64,000 nt of DNA from the NCBI GenBank assembly GCA_003344405.1, contig NOWV01000124.1, positions 124,001 through 188,000 on the forward strand. Direction: 5' to 3'. This DNA is from Trichoplax sp. H2. Its lineage: Eukaryota. Made by a program: the position numbers and the translations under genes. Shown one piece after another: positions 22,801 through 36,730 of the stretch; position 1 is the first letter of the stretch, and every line of letters begins with the position of its first letter. The notes under the pieces are model-generated. The model was not told the origin of the DNA. It did no database searches and saw nothing but the letters and a program-made list of their open reading frames with translations.

Positions 22801-24580
22801 TATTTTAAAATTAGAAGTCAACACCATTAACTGCTATCACAACTTATCATGTCAACTCGTATATTGTAGTTGTTGCAGTAGATAAATATGTTACATAAAA
22901 GTAGTCTTGAAATGTTTTCATATAATGATTGCTGTAGCCTGTATAGTAAAGTCAAATTACGTCATCATCGTAATATATCATGTTAAAGATTTAATGACCA
23001 AATTTAAGCCACAATTACCCGATAGGCGATGTGCTGGTACTGTATAGTTTAGTAAGAAATTAATTAGTTCATTAGTTGTACTTGTCTATAGATCATACAA
23101 CCAGATCTTCATCAGTGCATGGCTACTCTCGTATTTCGTTAACGCTAATTAACGTATGAATCCTCTTGCTGAATCCTGTTAAGCAATTTCACGTCTACCA
23201 ATTCGTGTGCAATAGAATTGGTTAAGTTTCATACCTATTTGCCTTGACTTGCAGCTCTAACATTTCATTTTCACGAAGTAAAGTAAACGCATTCTATGGG
23301 AAAGACGCAGATGTACTGTATATAGGACGTAAAGATGTTGAAAAACATTTAAGTAGTGTTCTACTTATCGTCTATTCAGCCATAACTATCAAATTTTATG
23401 AAGTCCAACTTTATTACAGATGATCCTCGCACAGGACAACAGTTACTGGAAGATAACAAATCCGAAACACAACTATCATAGACTCCTTGATATTTTAATG
23501 TAGTGTACTTTACCGTCAATCAAATAATTAAGCTATTACAGATGCATCAACGAATAAGATAAAAGTTAGAGGAAAATAACAAATTAGCAGCAGAACTATC
23601 ATAGACTCCTTGATATCTTACTGTATTGTGCTTTACCATCAATCAAATAATTAAGCAGTAAAACAGAGTCAACCGTCAGTTACAATTATTTATCATTAAA
23701 GACTTTTAGTTAGTTCTTATCCATTTGCCTCGATAATCTGATATGCTTAATTACAGTATCGTTGCAATTGGCTCTGACTGCAGTCACTGCACCACTCAAA
23801 AGCATCGTAAGCCATCTTGTAGATCCTATTTTACTAATCAAACAGCACTACAGTAGCACGATATGCATAATATCTTTTCTATTTACTACGATATAGAGCT
23901 AAAGGAAAGAACAAAATGAATACTTTTTCATTCCTGCCTATCCATGACCATCTACACTATCGATAACCGATTCGACTCCTTTTCCAATTGTTTTCAACAA
24001 TCACTACGGAGCTTTTTGATATCATTTTGCACTTGTATTTCTAGTTTCAACTTTCTCAAGTAAGCGTATCATGGCAGACTCGATCGAATATTCGATCTTG
24101 TTGCTTGTCATCACAAACATCAAACATGTCTATGAAATCATTTTGTGTGCAATAAACGGGGCTACAAACATCAAGATGAATTCTGTGTAGCATGGAAGAC
24201 ATTGCACTTACATTTTTTTACTGTCCCTGCTTGCTTCAAGAGAGTTGCACATAAGAGCAAACATGCCGCGCAATCCTCCAAGTTTTGCAGGTAATTAATG
24301 CCAATTGGACACGAGTGATGCTCCTTTTGTATAGCATCGGATGTCCAAAGCACAGTACGCTTTACCAATCTGTCGACGCCTTACTATTCCCTATATCACG
24401 TTGACTTGAATTGTACAGTAGGTTAACTTACTATCATGATCACGCCGAGGTCGAACGTGTCACCATCGAACAGTTCGTGCGTGCTTCAACACGTTCCAGT
24501 CGACCGTTACTCGGTGTCACTGTCCCACAGGGTGACGGTGATTCAAAATTACGTCATGGTTACTCGAGTACCGTTCCATC
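19900..24580 (+). ncRNA. Candidate large, highly structured non-coding RNA divergent from RRM1 (boundaries approximate)
   Basis: No credible ORF or exon chain over about 4.7 kb. Many local stems, multibranch junctions, long-range helices and pseudoknots are visible by eye, and most wobble pairs are G-U on the + strand (A-C on the - strand). Transcription is not demonstrated. Confidence 0.5.
21841..22017 (+). repeat. Two-copy tandem duplication, ~88-bp unit
   Basis: aactactagaatagcaa.tccctgatcattcatt...aatcattccatgcaggtcataaagta.tgctgc occurs twice in direct succession. Confidence 0.9.
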
Positions 24581-24664
24581 CGTATGTCCGTATGCCATCA
24601 TTCATACGTATGATACCATACAGTACAGTACAGTACAGTACTATACTGTACTAACTATAGTTTT

Positions 24665-25365
24665 GAGATATAGACAGACGGACACTGGTTTCCAACGGAG
24701 GCCTTCAATATCGGAAAATGACTACTTAATTTGGTTCTTCCATCTCTATTTTCGAAATCATAAGTACTAATTTAAAATTGCGTTTACAGTCTTGACTGGA
24801 TCAACATCAACATGCGATTCCCCTACATTACATGTATAAAATACGATACAGCAGATTCCAATATTATACTTGTAATATAGGAGAGTCGTACAATATTGAT
24901 ATTGACACAGTCGATTCTAACCATATCGTATTTGCGAATTTGTATATTGATCCTAAAACTCTTTTCAAGCAGAACTTTGTAGCAGATACAGTACTCAATT
25001 AAGCAGTATCCTTCAACGTCTACTCGCAACCCGACTTGAGGGCAAGATTCGGGTTAACCATTTCTGTGGGTGATACAGTGTTTGTAGAGCGATTGCACTC
25101 GTTTCGGGTTCGAAAATCAACAATTTAATCGAGTTCGGGTTGCGTTTTCACTCCATTGCAGGACTCTGAAATTAAAGTTAAGATTCAATCAATGTACGCT
25201 GCACTTGAACACCATGACTGCACAGTGCACAGTAGTATTACTTCATTTAAAAAACATCAGCCAATTCAAAATCGACCATCCGAATAGTAAAGTACAGCCA
25301 TAACACGGAGGTTAGGTACAATATTTTGACGGGATGAGGCCGAAAAGGTCTGTCCGTCCACGGAT
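24665..25365. mobile_element. Dispersed repeat / putative non-autonomous TIR element, copy B (longer)
   Basis: Shares ordered blocks with 10380-10710 and has extra internal sequence. Inverted ends agacagacggac versus gtctgtccgtcca. Confidence 0.6.
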
Positions 25366-26175
25366 GATCTGGTTCATAGTTAGTTAGTACGGTTGAACAG
25401 CAAAATAGAGTAGTCGGTCTACACATCGCCATTACTGCATGATGGAGTAAGAGTAGCAGTACAAGTTCTAAAGATGACTGATTCAGATTAATGAGAGATA
25501 CATATAAATTCAGAATGTTTTATAACCTACTAGATAAACTACAACAGGAGCAACTATAGCTGGCAGAAATCGATTTAATTTTCCTTCATCATATTTATTG
25601 ATTTCCTAAATGTAAGATATTACATACCAATATAGTAATCACGGTAGTAAATACCACTACTGAGGTATAAACGGTAAAAATTGCCACCTCAAAATAATTA
25701 ATTTATTCCTAATTTAACAATTATAATGATAACATTGATCGACAATATGAAAATTAAACAGCTTTATCCTCCGAATACAAGCATTTATATTAGTAAACAC
25801 AATAACGCCTCCAATCGAGACTCATTAACAAGCATAGACTGCTGCCGTATACTCAGATAAACAATGCTAAGAAAAATAGTAACTGTTAGATTATTCAATG
25901 CAACAGCATTGGAAATATTAAATTATTTTACTTCTTTTGTAGCCGTCATTTAAATGGCACGATTAAAATTTACAAAACGCTTTGCAAAACCTATCTTTCA
26001 GCAAACTATTCTATAATATAATTAAAAGTTTTATCTTTGCCTTAGGCGTATTAATTAGTTCGATGCGCTATCGTACTTTGCGCTAATTGTCGAAACAAAG
26101 GCACTTAGCCAGTAACAATCGACTACAATATATTACAATATTGTAAAAGTATCAACTGTTTTTTACATAAGCCAG

Positions 26176-29100
26176 TTAAACATTAAATTCCGATACTCTC
26201 CAAAACAATACTGACAATCCTTTGGTATTTTTAGGTAATTTTTCATCATCCAATTGCTGCTTGGAACTATTCTTAAAAGTTCGGCAGCCACGACCACAAC
26301 TCACAATAAACACACTGGCAACTCCTTCAGCATAAGACGCACTATCATCTTTGCCATGACTACTACATCTTGACAGCGTTGGAGAGTCGAAACGGCAACC
26401 TGACCCTGCGTCAGATGTATCACTATCATATGCTGATGTGGTAATAATAACACTAAGCATATCGACGGAACCATAATGACCGCAACTGAGCAACGTTATG
26501 GGAGGACATTGTTCCAAACAAGATGTAGTGATCGTAATATTAGGTAAAGGTAAATTCAGTATAGCTCCCATATTAGTACCAATCCATAATAAATCATTGT
26601 AGACTAAAAGCGAAGTTACTTGAATATCATTTCCCATATCGTAGAGACTTTGCATGCCGTCGCTATCGATACCTAATAGTTATTAATTAGTCAGCAGTAA
26701 GTAATTTAATAGAAAGATAGCAAAAATGTAACAGCCATCTTGTATCAAACTAACCTGATAATACATCTGGAGCTGTATCGATAACTAGTAAACGCTCGTA
26801 ACTAATTGCATGAAATAATCGAAGAATGGAATTGCGCGAAAAAGAGACCCAAACACCGGTCTTGTAGTATATCATTTTATCAATTTTACTATCTTTCTTA
26901 ACATTGATGATAATACTTGCCTAAAGAACACATTCAACATCCAGTAAATCAAGACATTAAGGATAGCGATGATGCAAATTTACAAGAAATTGCCCTTGTT
27001 AATATCGAATAACCGCAGTATGTGCAATATCTACGCGCTGCTTACCTCTATAGATAGTGTTTCAATGTTGATGACTTTTATATTATTTTCGCAGCTACAC
27101 CAGATAGTATCTAGGGCGTCGATCATATACGTGATTGGAGTCTCAAATAAATGTATTTTAACAGCGTCGTGATTATCATTATTCCCAGATCCTAAAATAC
27201 ACAAAAAATTCGCGTCAACTATTCCAATACTGAAATTAAAAAAAATGAGCTATATTCCAGTTTAAGCCTATCTCTAGTTACCAAGATTATATACAAGAAG
27301 GTTGCCACTTGTTAATGACAAAAATACTCTATTCTTGGTATATCTACAAATAGATAAAAATGATTAATCAATAAAAGCCTAATACACGCCACTACTGCAG
27401 TATAAATACTTACAATAATTTATTTAAATTAATTAATTACGGTATGAATTGCTACTTACAGGATAGCAGTTATCGGTGCATCGTGCTGAAATATCACTTC
27501 TTTCTTTTGATCCTTTAAATGGCAACTTAAAATGCGAATACTATTACAGTGATAATTATAATAGTACCGACACAAATAAAACGAGTTAGAAGTGACGACA
27601 AATACACAGAAAAACGGTAACATTTTTTAAAAAGTTTTGCAATCCAACTCACCTCCCATTGTTTAAAGCTATCCATAACGTATTTCTTCCTTCCATATCG
27701 TCCAACCAGACGAATAATTCTTTTGTAGTATCATCCAATGAACCATAGTATGACTCTCTATCGGTATTCAATTGGGGTGATGCAGGTTCACGATCTGTAT
27801 AGTATTTACTCAATTGGCTTAATTTTAAGGATTCATTACCAAATGAATCTGGCGCATTAACTTGATTATGTGTCGTAGATTTCGCATTGTCTGCTAATTC
27901 ATTTAATGAATTTACACAATTAAAGATCTTTTACTTTGTAGTCAAAATAAAAATTTTGTAATCATCATTGAATGAAGCAAAACTACTCTACCTTCAATAG
28001 CATTAACTGCATTTGGTGTCTCGTCTGTCGATGAATTCAACTCTGAGGATGTATTTCTTTCCAAGTCATCTTTCATCGCGTTATCATCATTTGAATATGT
28101 TATTTCCATGAAGTTATTGCTAGGCTTACAATCGGCTTCAATGGTACTGACAATAATTTTGTCAGCTTGTACAGTGATATGAGGCTCATTGAGTGATGAT
28201 AACGAGTTGTTATCGTCAGTTATAGATGTCTCAATGGTTTCAGTACGATTACTTATGGAATCGACTTGGAGCTCTTTAACACTTTTCGCATGATTTAAAT
28301 TTGCTATCTTTACAATATCATTTGTGAACTGATCATTGCTATCCTCTGTCATATGTATGTTCGATCTAAAATTTAAATTGAAAGGTGCACAGGCTAACGA
28401 AGTTACACTTTCCTTCATGTCAATCACCTTATTGCATATAATCTGATCAGATTTTATAGAGAGACAATGAATTTCAGTCCTATTGGAATTGCCAAGTGCC
28501 ATCCATACAGCGCTATTCTTGTGTAAATCCTGTGTACTTGATCCAGTAATATTATAAATCATTGAATTGGCCCAACGAATTACCTACATGTAGTAGATAA
28601 TATTCAGTCACCAATACTGTCTTATCATACAGCAATGACAAAACTACTATACTGTTATTAGATGTTATTAGAATCATTACCTTTAAATTTTCTTGTTCAT
28701 TAACATCAGTATTTGGAAATTCCCAAGTACGGTCCAACTTAGGCAGTGCTTTTCTTTCCTCATCGTCATCTATGCTCTCTAAAACATCAGCAAAACTCAT
28801 TCCTTGAGCAACATTGAGCTAGTTACGTTGCTAATTACACATTTATTACCTAGACGCTTTAAAAGATCCGCAAAATCATATTTCCATGATGATTTGGCTT
28901 CAGGAGATTCAAAAGAGAACGAAAAAGTTGCTTCACTACCATCCCTAATCCAACCAAATCCGTGAAAAAATCAGTGCATCAAAATTAAATGTAATCGCCT
29001 CTTAGTCACTTAAGATGTTCTAGAGTATTTACCGGAAATTGATAGATAATTCTACCAGTGTAAATAGTAGACCGGAAGTGTTTTGTTTTTGCTCCGCCAA

Positions 29101-32100
29101 TTGATGCTTTTCCAGCAGATTTGCAGCTTGTTGCAATTTTTGCGCTAAATCTTCCGTTAGCTTCTGTGAGCAATGCTGCAGTTCCTATTAAAAGCATGCC
29201 TCGAATTAGCTGGCAGTATAACGAACAGATAGAACCAAAGAAACTGATTTAACAACCTTATGGTTGCAGTTAAGAGACTCAGAGAGTGTAGTAATTTGCC
29301 GCATAATATGTAAATCATGTTCAATTTCTTTTATTGCGCTCTTATCAGTCAATATACGAGAATTTTGCCCTACTGTTGCAGTTGATGGCGCTAAATAAAT
29401 AAAACGATAGATAGCATTTTTAGTAAATCCCTACAGGCTACGCGTATTATTGACGATTATTTTATTTTTCCAAAGTTACTATTACGATCATTGCATACCT
29501 TGACAAATGCTTATATCTCGCAAAGGCGCCATCCATTGCAGCCTATACTTAAATGTCTCACCGGAACTCATTCTTTGCATTAAATCGATATTGAGATAAA
29601 GTAGTTAATGAAGTAGCCTAACAAGCGATCTGAAAAGTTAAACTGTGATGATACCGTAAGTCTATACCTTTTAAATGTGCCAGCTCTCCGCTTAACAACA
29701 CATACCAACAGATCGGAAAAGAGAATTAAACTCCTATCCTTCCTAACTATACCTTTGCCCTTATTAATACATATCGAAAGACCGAAAGGTTAAAAGTATA
29801 GCCAAAATTAAGCTAAAGTAATCTAGTAGACTTACCAATTCAGATACGTTATCGCGTCTTATAAAGTGTCTTCCTGGTGATGCAAGCTATCCATATGAGA
29901 CAAACAATGAATATCAATTTTAATAATTGAGAATCACACTCGTAGAAATGTCGCTAGTTTCTACATACATGTGGAAAACCATCGATAAGGATTTCAATAT
30001 CACGAATTTTCTCTTCTTCCTTTTTATGCCTTTCCCTTTCTACTTTAACTTCATTCATAGAATCAGCAAGCTTTCGCAACTCTCTTAATGCAACCTTTAA
30101 ACTATCGTAATCGTGATGTGATAGAGGCGTATACTTTAACAATTCCTAATAACAACAACTTTATACGTCAATATTCAGTCCATACACAATAAGATTGAAT
30201 AATTTGTCAGCAATATGCAAGAAAATTTATCCAAGATAGATAGCTCTAGCTTCAAAAAGAATGGTCACCTTAAGCACCAAAACATATCGCGGGATTCTCT
30301 GAACGGGCATAATCATAAGATCTTGTAACGTTAATTTTTCTTTATGTTCTTTAGCACATACCTAGTAAATGACGCGTAAGATATAGACAATACGTCTTTA
30401 AAATTTCAATCTTGACTTACTTCTAAGAACTTTTGGAATCCTTCATTTGATGAATAGGCAACTGCTAATGCTTTTCTAGCTCTTGAAAAATTTATAATAA
30501 AGTTACTGTAGGCGTTAACCAGGATAACCTTGGTAAACTAAAAAAAAGCAAACCGATCCTATTAGTAACAAGTAAAACAGTACGAAGTAACGAGCGGATA
30601 ATAATAATTTTTAAGAATAGCTCATTGCCAGAAAACAAGTAAACTGTTAAGTAACATACACTTTGAAGGAATAAATCTCCTATCCTCCTTTTATTGTCGC
30701 TAGTTTCTATTCGACGGGCCAACTGATCGAGGAAAAAATCATGACACAACAAAATTTCCGGTACTTGATAGAATATGGCATTGATTAAGTTCTTATTAAT
30801 GACGATGTTATTGCTAGGATCCTTAAGAGTATTATAATAATCCTACAAAATACGGAATATGATCATCCAAAAATGTAAAAGCAATATATATTGCAGATAG
30901 GTGATTAACGCATAAATCTGATCAAGGTTAAACCAAGAAATTACATTCTACTAGCAATTTATCCTGCCTAGGTACATGTTACAGTACGTCAATATAGCGT
31001 AAAGTAACAGAATCTTTTGTAGTAAAAGTATCAGTTATCAACTGTAACTCATCCTATTTATACTTTACTTTAATTTACTTTAAGTGGTCCTTTAAATACA
31101 TTAGTAACAGAAATTGTCTTTTTCTTTAATTAAAATTATCATGTGATACTAGTAGTTCAAAAGTTGTCGAGATTCACAATAAGTTAATTCATTAATAAAG
31201 TATATAACAGTAAAAATCTTAATGTGACTTATATGGATAAAAACATGGATTAATAGTCACATGCCGTATACCTGCTTCAATGTCCGGAGAGCTGCTACGT
31301 AATTTATTTCTGTTTCTAAAAGATTTTGTAAGATATAATGTCTAGTATCCTTGAGAAAATAAATAAGAAAATTTCAGTAAGCAGGTCGTATCACTGATCT
31401 TTTCCAATTCTACGCTGGTAATCAAGATGTACCTCAATAGAGCTTATTGAGGTCGCAGCAACTGAATCCTCAGTGTTTTTATTGGTCTTATCATTTCCCA
31501 TATTTTTAATATTTGGATCTAACGGTGGTGGAGTGTCAGCAACATCATCTTCTTTTGAGTGTTGCTTTTTTGAAGTTAGTATAGGACTGCTGCTACTTGA
31601 ATTTGTCACCGAACGACCAGATACACCATGAAGAAGTATTTTACGAATCGACGGTCGTGATTTCAATTTGGGATAATGTGTTGGCACCTTAACGGCGTCA
31701 TCATCAAGAAGCAGTTTAGCTGAAAGAGCTTTAGTAAGTTTCTTATGTGTATAACTCAATGGAGAGCCTTTCTTATTTGGAAGTAAAGCTAAATCTTCTG
31801 CACTTTCAAATTTGTGAGATTTATGTCTACGACTGCCATTTCTGATTTTGGCATCAGTAGTATTGGTATCATGGGAACCATTATTTCGAATAAATGCGTT
31901 TGCATCTCCGAAACTACCACTGGACCTCATTATATCATCAACAGGTTGAATAATTGCTTGACGAGGTACTTGATAATCGTCAGTTGTAGTATCAGCTTGA
32001 GCTCGATCTCTTAAATTGTTTTCTACCGGTTTATTACTTCTAATATCGCTAGGTACACAATAATAATGTTCCTCATCGACTTGTTGTTTCTTTACTTTGC

Positions 32101-32555
32101 CGTTAGGTTCTACATCTGTTTAGGGGAAAAAATAGAAATACGCAATAGTTTTATTGATAGTTCAAGAAACTATTCAATTATAACTTAATCGTAATCTAGA
32201 GTAGCAAGTTGTCAATATTATCTTTCCATTTTATCAACAAGTGAGTGAAAACTAGTTGTGCTTCAGCAAGTAATTACTTACCTAATTTGCTGTATAATTT
32301 GTGGCGTAACGTAGGACTTGTATGCGCTGAATGAGACTTTTCTTTAGGGATCTTTTTCGATAGTAATTGGTTAGCCGAACTTACAATTAAGGAATCGGAT
32401 ATTAAACTCCTTCGATTATGTACTGCTTGTAATACTTTATCACGTCGAATTTTATTCTTGTCAGAAACGTCCAATGATTTTCTATTTTCTGCCTGATTTA
32501 CTAATTTACTATCGTCATGGCGTGCTCTAACCGAATATTTGGAGTACAATCCAAC
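26176..32555 (-). CDS. ARHGEF17: Rho guanine nucleotide exchange factor, ARHGEF17/ARHGEF10 family (DH-PH plus C-terminal beta-propeller-like region); well-supported core, 5' exons lie further upstream
   Basis: Spliced DH domain DTRHYILQNLLETEINYVAALRTLKQ..AIFYQVPEILLCHDFFL..FTKVILVNAYS..KEKLTLQDLMIMPVQRIPRYVLVLKELLKYTP. PH domain RHFIRRD..KDRSLILFSDLLVC. C-terminal repeats VWVSF, LLWIGTNMG, GHYGSV, FIVSCGRGC, VLFWRV. The DH sequence looks closer to ARHGEF17 than to ARHGEF10. Confidence 0.88.
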
Positions 32556-33399
32556 CTATATAGAATCAAAAGGAGAAAAATTCAAGCTTCAATTGTGTCC
32601 ACTCTTTATGTCATATACGATGTGGAACACTTTAATAACAACACACATTTCGGTTGAAAAATACGATAATAATTATTATTCATCACAAGTTGTCATTTTT
32701 AAGTTGACTACAGTTATCTCCCATTTTATCGAACTTCAAGAATGTCCAAAACCTCCATCAACATTGACTGTGCGTATAGTACCGGCGAGATAATAATCAT
32801 TGCAGAAATAGAACAAATATCCTAGTGCCAGAAATTATTGCAAACGTTATGATGATCAGCGTTACTGTCGTCTCTTCAAGCTCAAGACTGGCAATAATGA
32901 CAAACTCGTTACTCGTCATCATCGTGTATGGCATGAGAATAATTTCAAGTTAACAATATTGCCTTTCACCGCTGCATTAGGTTATGATATAGTTTAAAAA
33001 TTTGCATATAGAGGCGTTTAGAAGTAGTAGAAATTGGATCCATAATTATAAATCCACATTTTTGTAATTACAGCTAAATTAATCTAATTCATGAATATTA
33101 CAACAATCGAGTTCTTCCATCGACGTATCGATTGCTCATGTGTAAATTGGATATTATTTTGACATCTTACGCTTATTAAAGCGTTCATAGGTCATATTTT
33201 GAAGGGTGTATTAATGGTTAAGGTAAGAGAGAAGTTTCTAGCTGAATTTCTATCTACATTACTACACTTTCAAATGATCTACAAGGATAGAAAATGATGT
33301 TAAGACACGCTGCTTGATCCCTACAGTATGGCTAACGTACAGTGAGGAGATCACTTTATAATGTCTTCAAGTTTATCGTCATCAAATGGTGAAAATAAA

Positions 33400-34860
33400 C
33401 GGCTTCCATGGCTAGCATATATCATCAATTCGGTCGTCATGAATATTAGAGTAGGCAGGCCATTTTACAGTTGGACTTGCATGCCTGGATAGAGATGGAC
33501 AGGAAGAAAAGTCCTCATTTCGAGGTGTTGCTCATGAATTGTCCACAGTGAGGGCTGTATTACTGACAATCTTGAAAGTTTCTCGTTATCAAATCGAGGC
33601 ATAAACTACATTAATGGCTAGCAAAGAGTCCATAATAACGTTAGTGGTCATTGATGTCAGAAATCAAGGATATTTTCCATTTAAACCTACATTCACTAAC
33701 AAGGGTGTAAAGTGATTCTATAAAATCGTCATCTTCGTACCTACTATATGAATGAACAGTGATGATATTCCTTTCCATTATCTCCCTTTTTATCAACTTA
33801 TGGAATGCATTTTCGAGTCACAGATATCAGGAGAAGACAAACTTTCTATTTCAACCCACATTTTACTTTACTGTACTTGTAGAAAGAATTGGTAAGGATA
33901 AAAATTGTCGTTTGCTAACTATTGAAGTTCATTTTCGACATGTTGCTGGCGATTTCCTGTATGAATCAACAGTAGCGATATTCCTTTTACATTATCTTCC
34001 AAGTGCCTTGTTATCAAATTATGCAATGAATTCCATCGTCATGGATATCAGAAGAGAAGGAAATTTTCGATTTCAATCTACACTACTTTACTCTACACGT
34101 AGATAGGATTTGACAAGGATAAAATCATCCATTGCCCGTTACTCAAGTCCATGTTTGATATCTTACTGATTACCTACAGTACGAATCAACAGCGAAAATA
34201 TTACTCTAGGTCTATCTAGAATTTGATTGTCATCAAATCATAACCTCTTTCGATGGCTAGTATATTGTACATCATAAATTGTGTAGTCATTGACATCAGA
34301 GTAGAAGGAAATTCCATGTTGAAACCTACATTAATGGACGATAGAATGGATTGACAAGGATAACGATTGTCCTTTTCCATGTGTTGCTGACTACTTATTG
34401 TAGGAATCAACAGCGAGAATAGAACTGGGCATGTTGATGGTCATCGAATTAAAGAATAAACGCTTTCCATGACTAGTAGACATCATCTATTCCCTTGTCA
34501 TCTATATCGAAGGAGAAGGGAATTTTTTCCAGTATTTGAACTTGCATAACATGAAGAAATACCAGGAATTGACAAGGATCAAAGTCGTGATTGGCTCACT
34601 ACTTGCTGTACGAATCGACAACCAAGGTAAAGAATCAACTCCTTGGGTAGCTAGTAGACATTATCCATCCCGTAGCCATCGATAGTCGAGAAGGAAACTA
34701 ACTTTGCATTTGAACCTCATGACTACACTGTACCGTAGACGCATCCATCGACAGGATATTGCCGTCCATGTTGAAAGATTATCGTTATCAAACTAAAGGA
34801 ATACGAGTAAATTCTTTCCAGAACTACATCATCGATTCGGTAGTCATTCATATTACAACT
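33400..34860 (+). repeat. Old degenerate tandem repeat, ~200-bp unit
   Basis: Recurrent block catcat..attc..gtcat.gatatcaga..agaaggaaatt..ttgaacct..ttgacaaggata near 33420, 33640, 34030, 34280, 34490 and 34670. Confidence 0.65.
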
Positions 34861-34989
34861 TGATTAATGTTGATGTGATTGTTTAACAAGTATATCTCCA
34901 CTATGCAAGGTCGATAAATCAGTCATAAGTTTGTATTTCTAGCTATGCGACTTAACATCATTCCTCTATCCCTAACACCTCAAAGAGCA

Positions 34990-36730
34990 TCGATATGATG
35001 ATCGATGGCCATATTGGATAGTAGGTCATCACGATAGGTTACGTCGTGGCTAAAATAAAAGTTACTTCCAGCTATGCTATGCTACTACAGCCAAGATCGT
35101 TCCTTTAACTACAACATAGTAAACAGACTCGACGATCGTCATGCTCAAATTAATAAGTCAACACGATTGGCTACATCGTGGCTAAAATCAAAGTTATTTC
35201 CAGCTATGCTATGCTACTACAGCCAAGATCATTCCTTTAACTACAAGTTAGTAAACAGATTCGACAGTGGCCATATTGGATAGTAGGCCATCTAACCACT
35301 ATATAGTAAACAGACTCGACGATGACCGATCGCCATGTTCAAATTAATAAGTCAACACGATAGGTTACATCGTGACTAAAATCAAAGTTATTTCTAGCTA
35401 TGCTATGCTACTACAGCCAAGATCATTCCTTTAACTACAAGTTAGTAAACAGATTCGACAGTGGCCATATTGGATAGTAGGCCATCTAACCACTATATAG
35501 TAAACAGACTCGACGATGACCGATCGCCATGTTCAAATTAATAAGTCAACACGATAGGTTACATCGTGACTAAAATCAAAGTTATTTCCAGCTATGCTAT
35601 GCTACTACAGCCAAGATCATTCCTTTAACTACAACCTAGTAAACAGACTCGACGATGACCGATCGTCCTGTTCAAATTAGTAAGTCATCACGATAGGTTA
35701 CATCGNNNNNNNNNNNNNNNNNNNNAACTAAAGGAATACGAGTAAATTCTTTCCAGAACTACATCATCGATTCGGTAGTCATTCATATTACAACTTGATT
35801 AATGTTGATGTGATTGTTTAACAAGTATATCTCCACTATGCAAGGTCGATAAATCAGTTACAAGTTTGTATTTCTAACTATGCGACTTAACATCATTCCT
35901 CTATCCCTAACACCTCAAACAGCATCGATATGATGATCGATGGCCATATTGGATAGTAGGTCATCACGATAGGTTACATCCAAAGTAAAACATATTTATA
36001 ACTATGCTAATGCAGTACAGATCATTCCTCTATCTACAACATCGTAAACAGACTCGACACGATAGCCATCTTGGATAGTAGGTCATCACCAACGGTTTAC
36101 ATTGTGGCTAAAACTTATTCGTGGAAATGCTAGTACAGTAAAAGATCATTCTTCTATCTACAACATCGTCAACTGACTTGACACGATGGCCATATTGGAT
36201 AGTAGGTCATCACGATAGGTTACATCGTGGCTAAAATCAAAGTTATTTCCAGCTATGCTATGCTACTACAGCCAAGATCATTCCTTTAACTACAACCTAG
36301 TAAACAGACTCGACGATGACCGATCGTCCTGTTCAAATTAGTAAGTCATCACGATAGGTTACATCGAGGCTAAAATGAAACTTCTTTCTAGCTATTGCTA
36401 CTACAGTAAAAATCATTCTTCTACCGACAACATAACAACTAGACTCGACGATGACCGACCATCATGTTGATATTAGTAGATTATCACCCTAGGTTGCATC
36501 ATGGCTAAAATAAAAGTTCATTCTAGCTATGCAGCTACAGTAAAAAATAAAAAACATTCCTCTATTTGTAGCTTTACAACAGAGCAAACAGACTCGATAT
36601 AATGGCCAATCGCCATGTTGATATTGGTAAGTTAGGATGATAGGTTACATCGTGACTAAACTAAAAATTATCTCTAGCGATGCAACCACAGTCAAGATCC
36701 TTTCCCTATCCCTTAACACAGTAAGCAGAC
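34990..36730 (+). repeat. Tandem satellite array, ~120-bp core unit with higher-order variants, interrupted by an assembly gap
   Basis: Repeated gataggttacatcgtggctaaaatcaaagttatttccagctatgctatgctactacagccaagatcattcctttaactacaa..gtaaacagactcgacgat, with near-identical copies in 35150-35705 and degenerate copies toward 36700. Confidence 0.92.
35706..35725. other. Assembly gap (20 N)
   Basis: Run of n characters inside the satellite. Confidence 1.

Noticed and set aside
19900-24580. Telomerase RNA, RNase P/MRP or rRNA identity for the structured region
   Set aside because: I found no CTAACCC template on either strand. ACGGGGCTA at ~24157 resembles the MRP CR-V motif but has no upstream GAAAGTCCCC partner. 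No rRNA core motifs were seen.
24411-24770. 119-aa and 72-aa ORFs
   Set aside because: They stay open because the region is GC-richer and TACAGT-repetitive. There is no protein-like motif, and the RNA fold explains the composition better.
35726-35980. Duplication of 34790-35040 right after the gap
   Set aside because: Near-identical and adjacent to the N gap, so it may be an allelic or assembly overlap rather than a real duplication.
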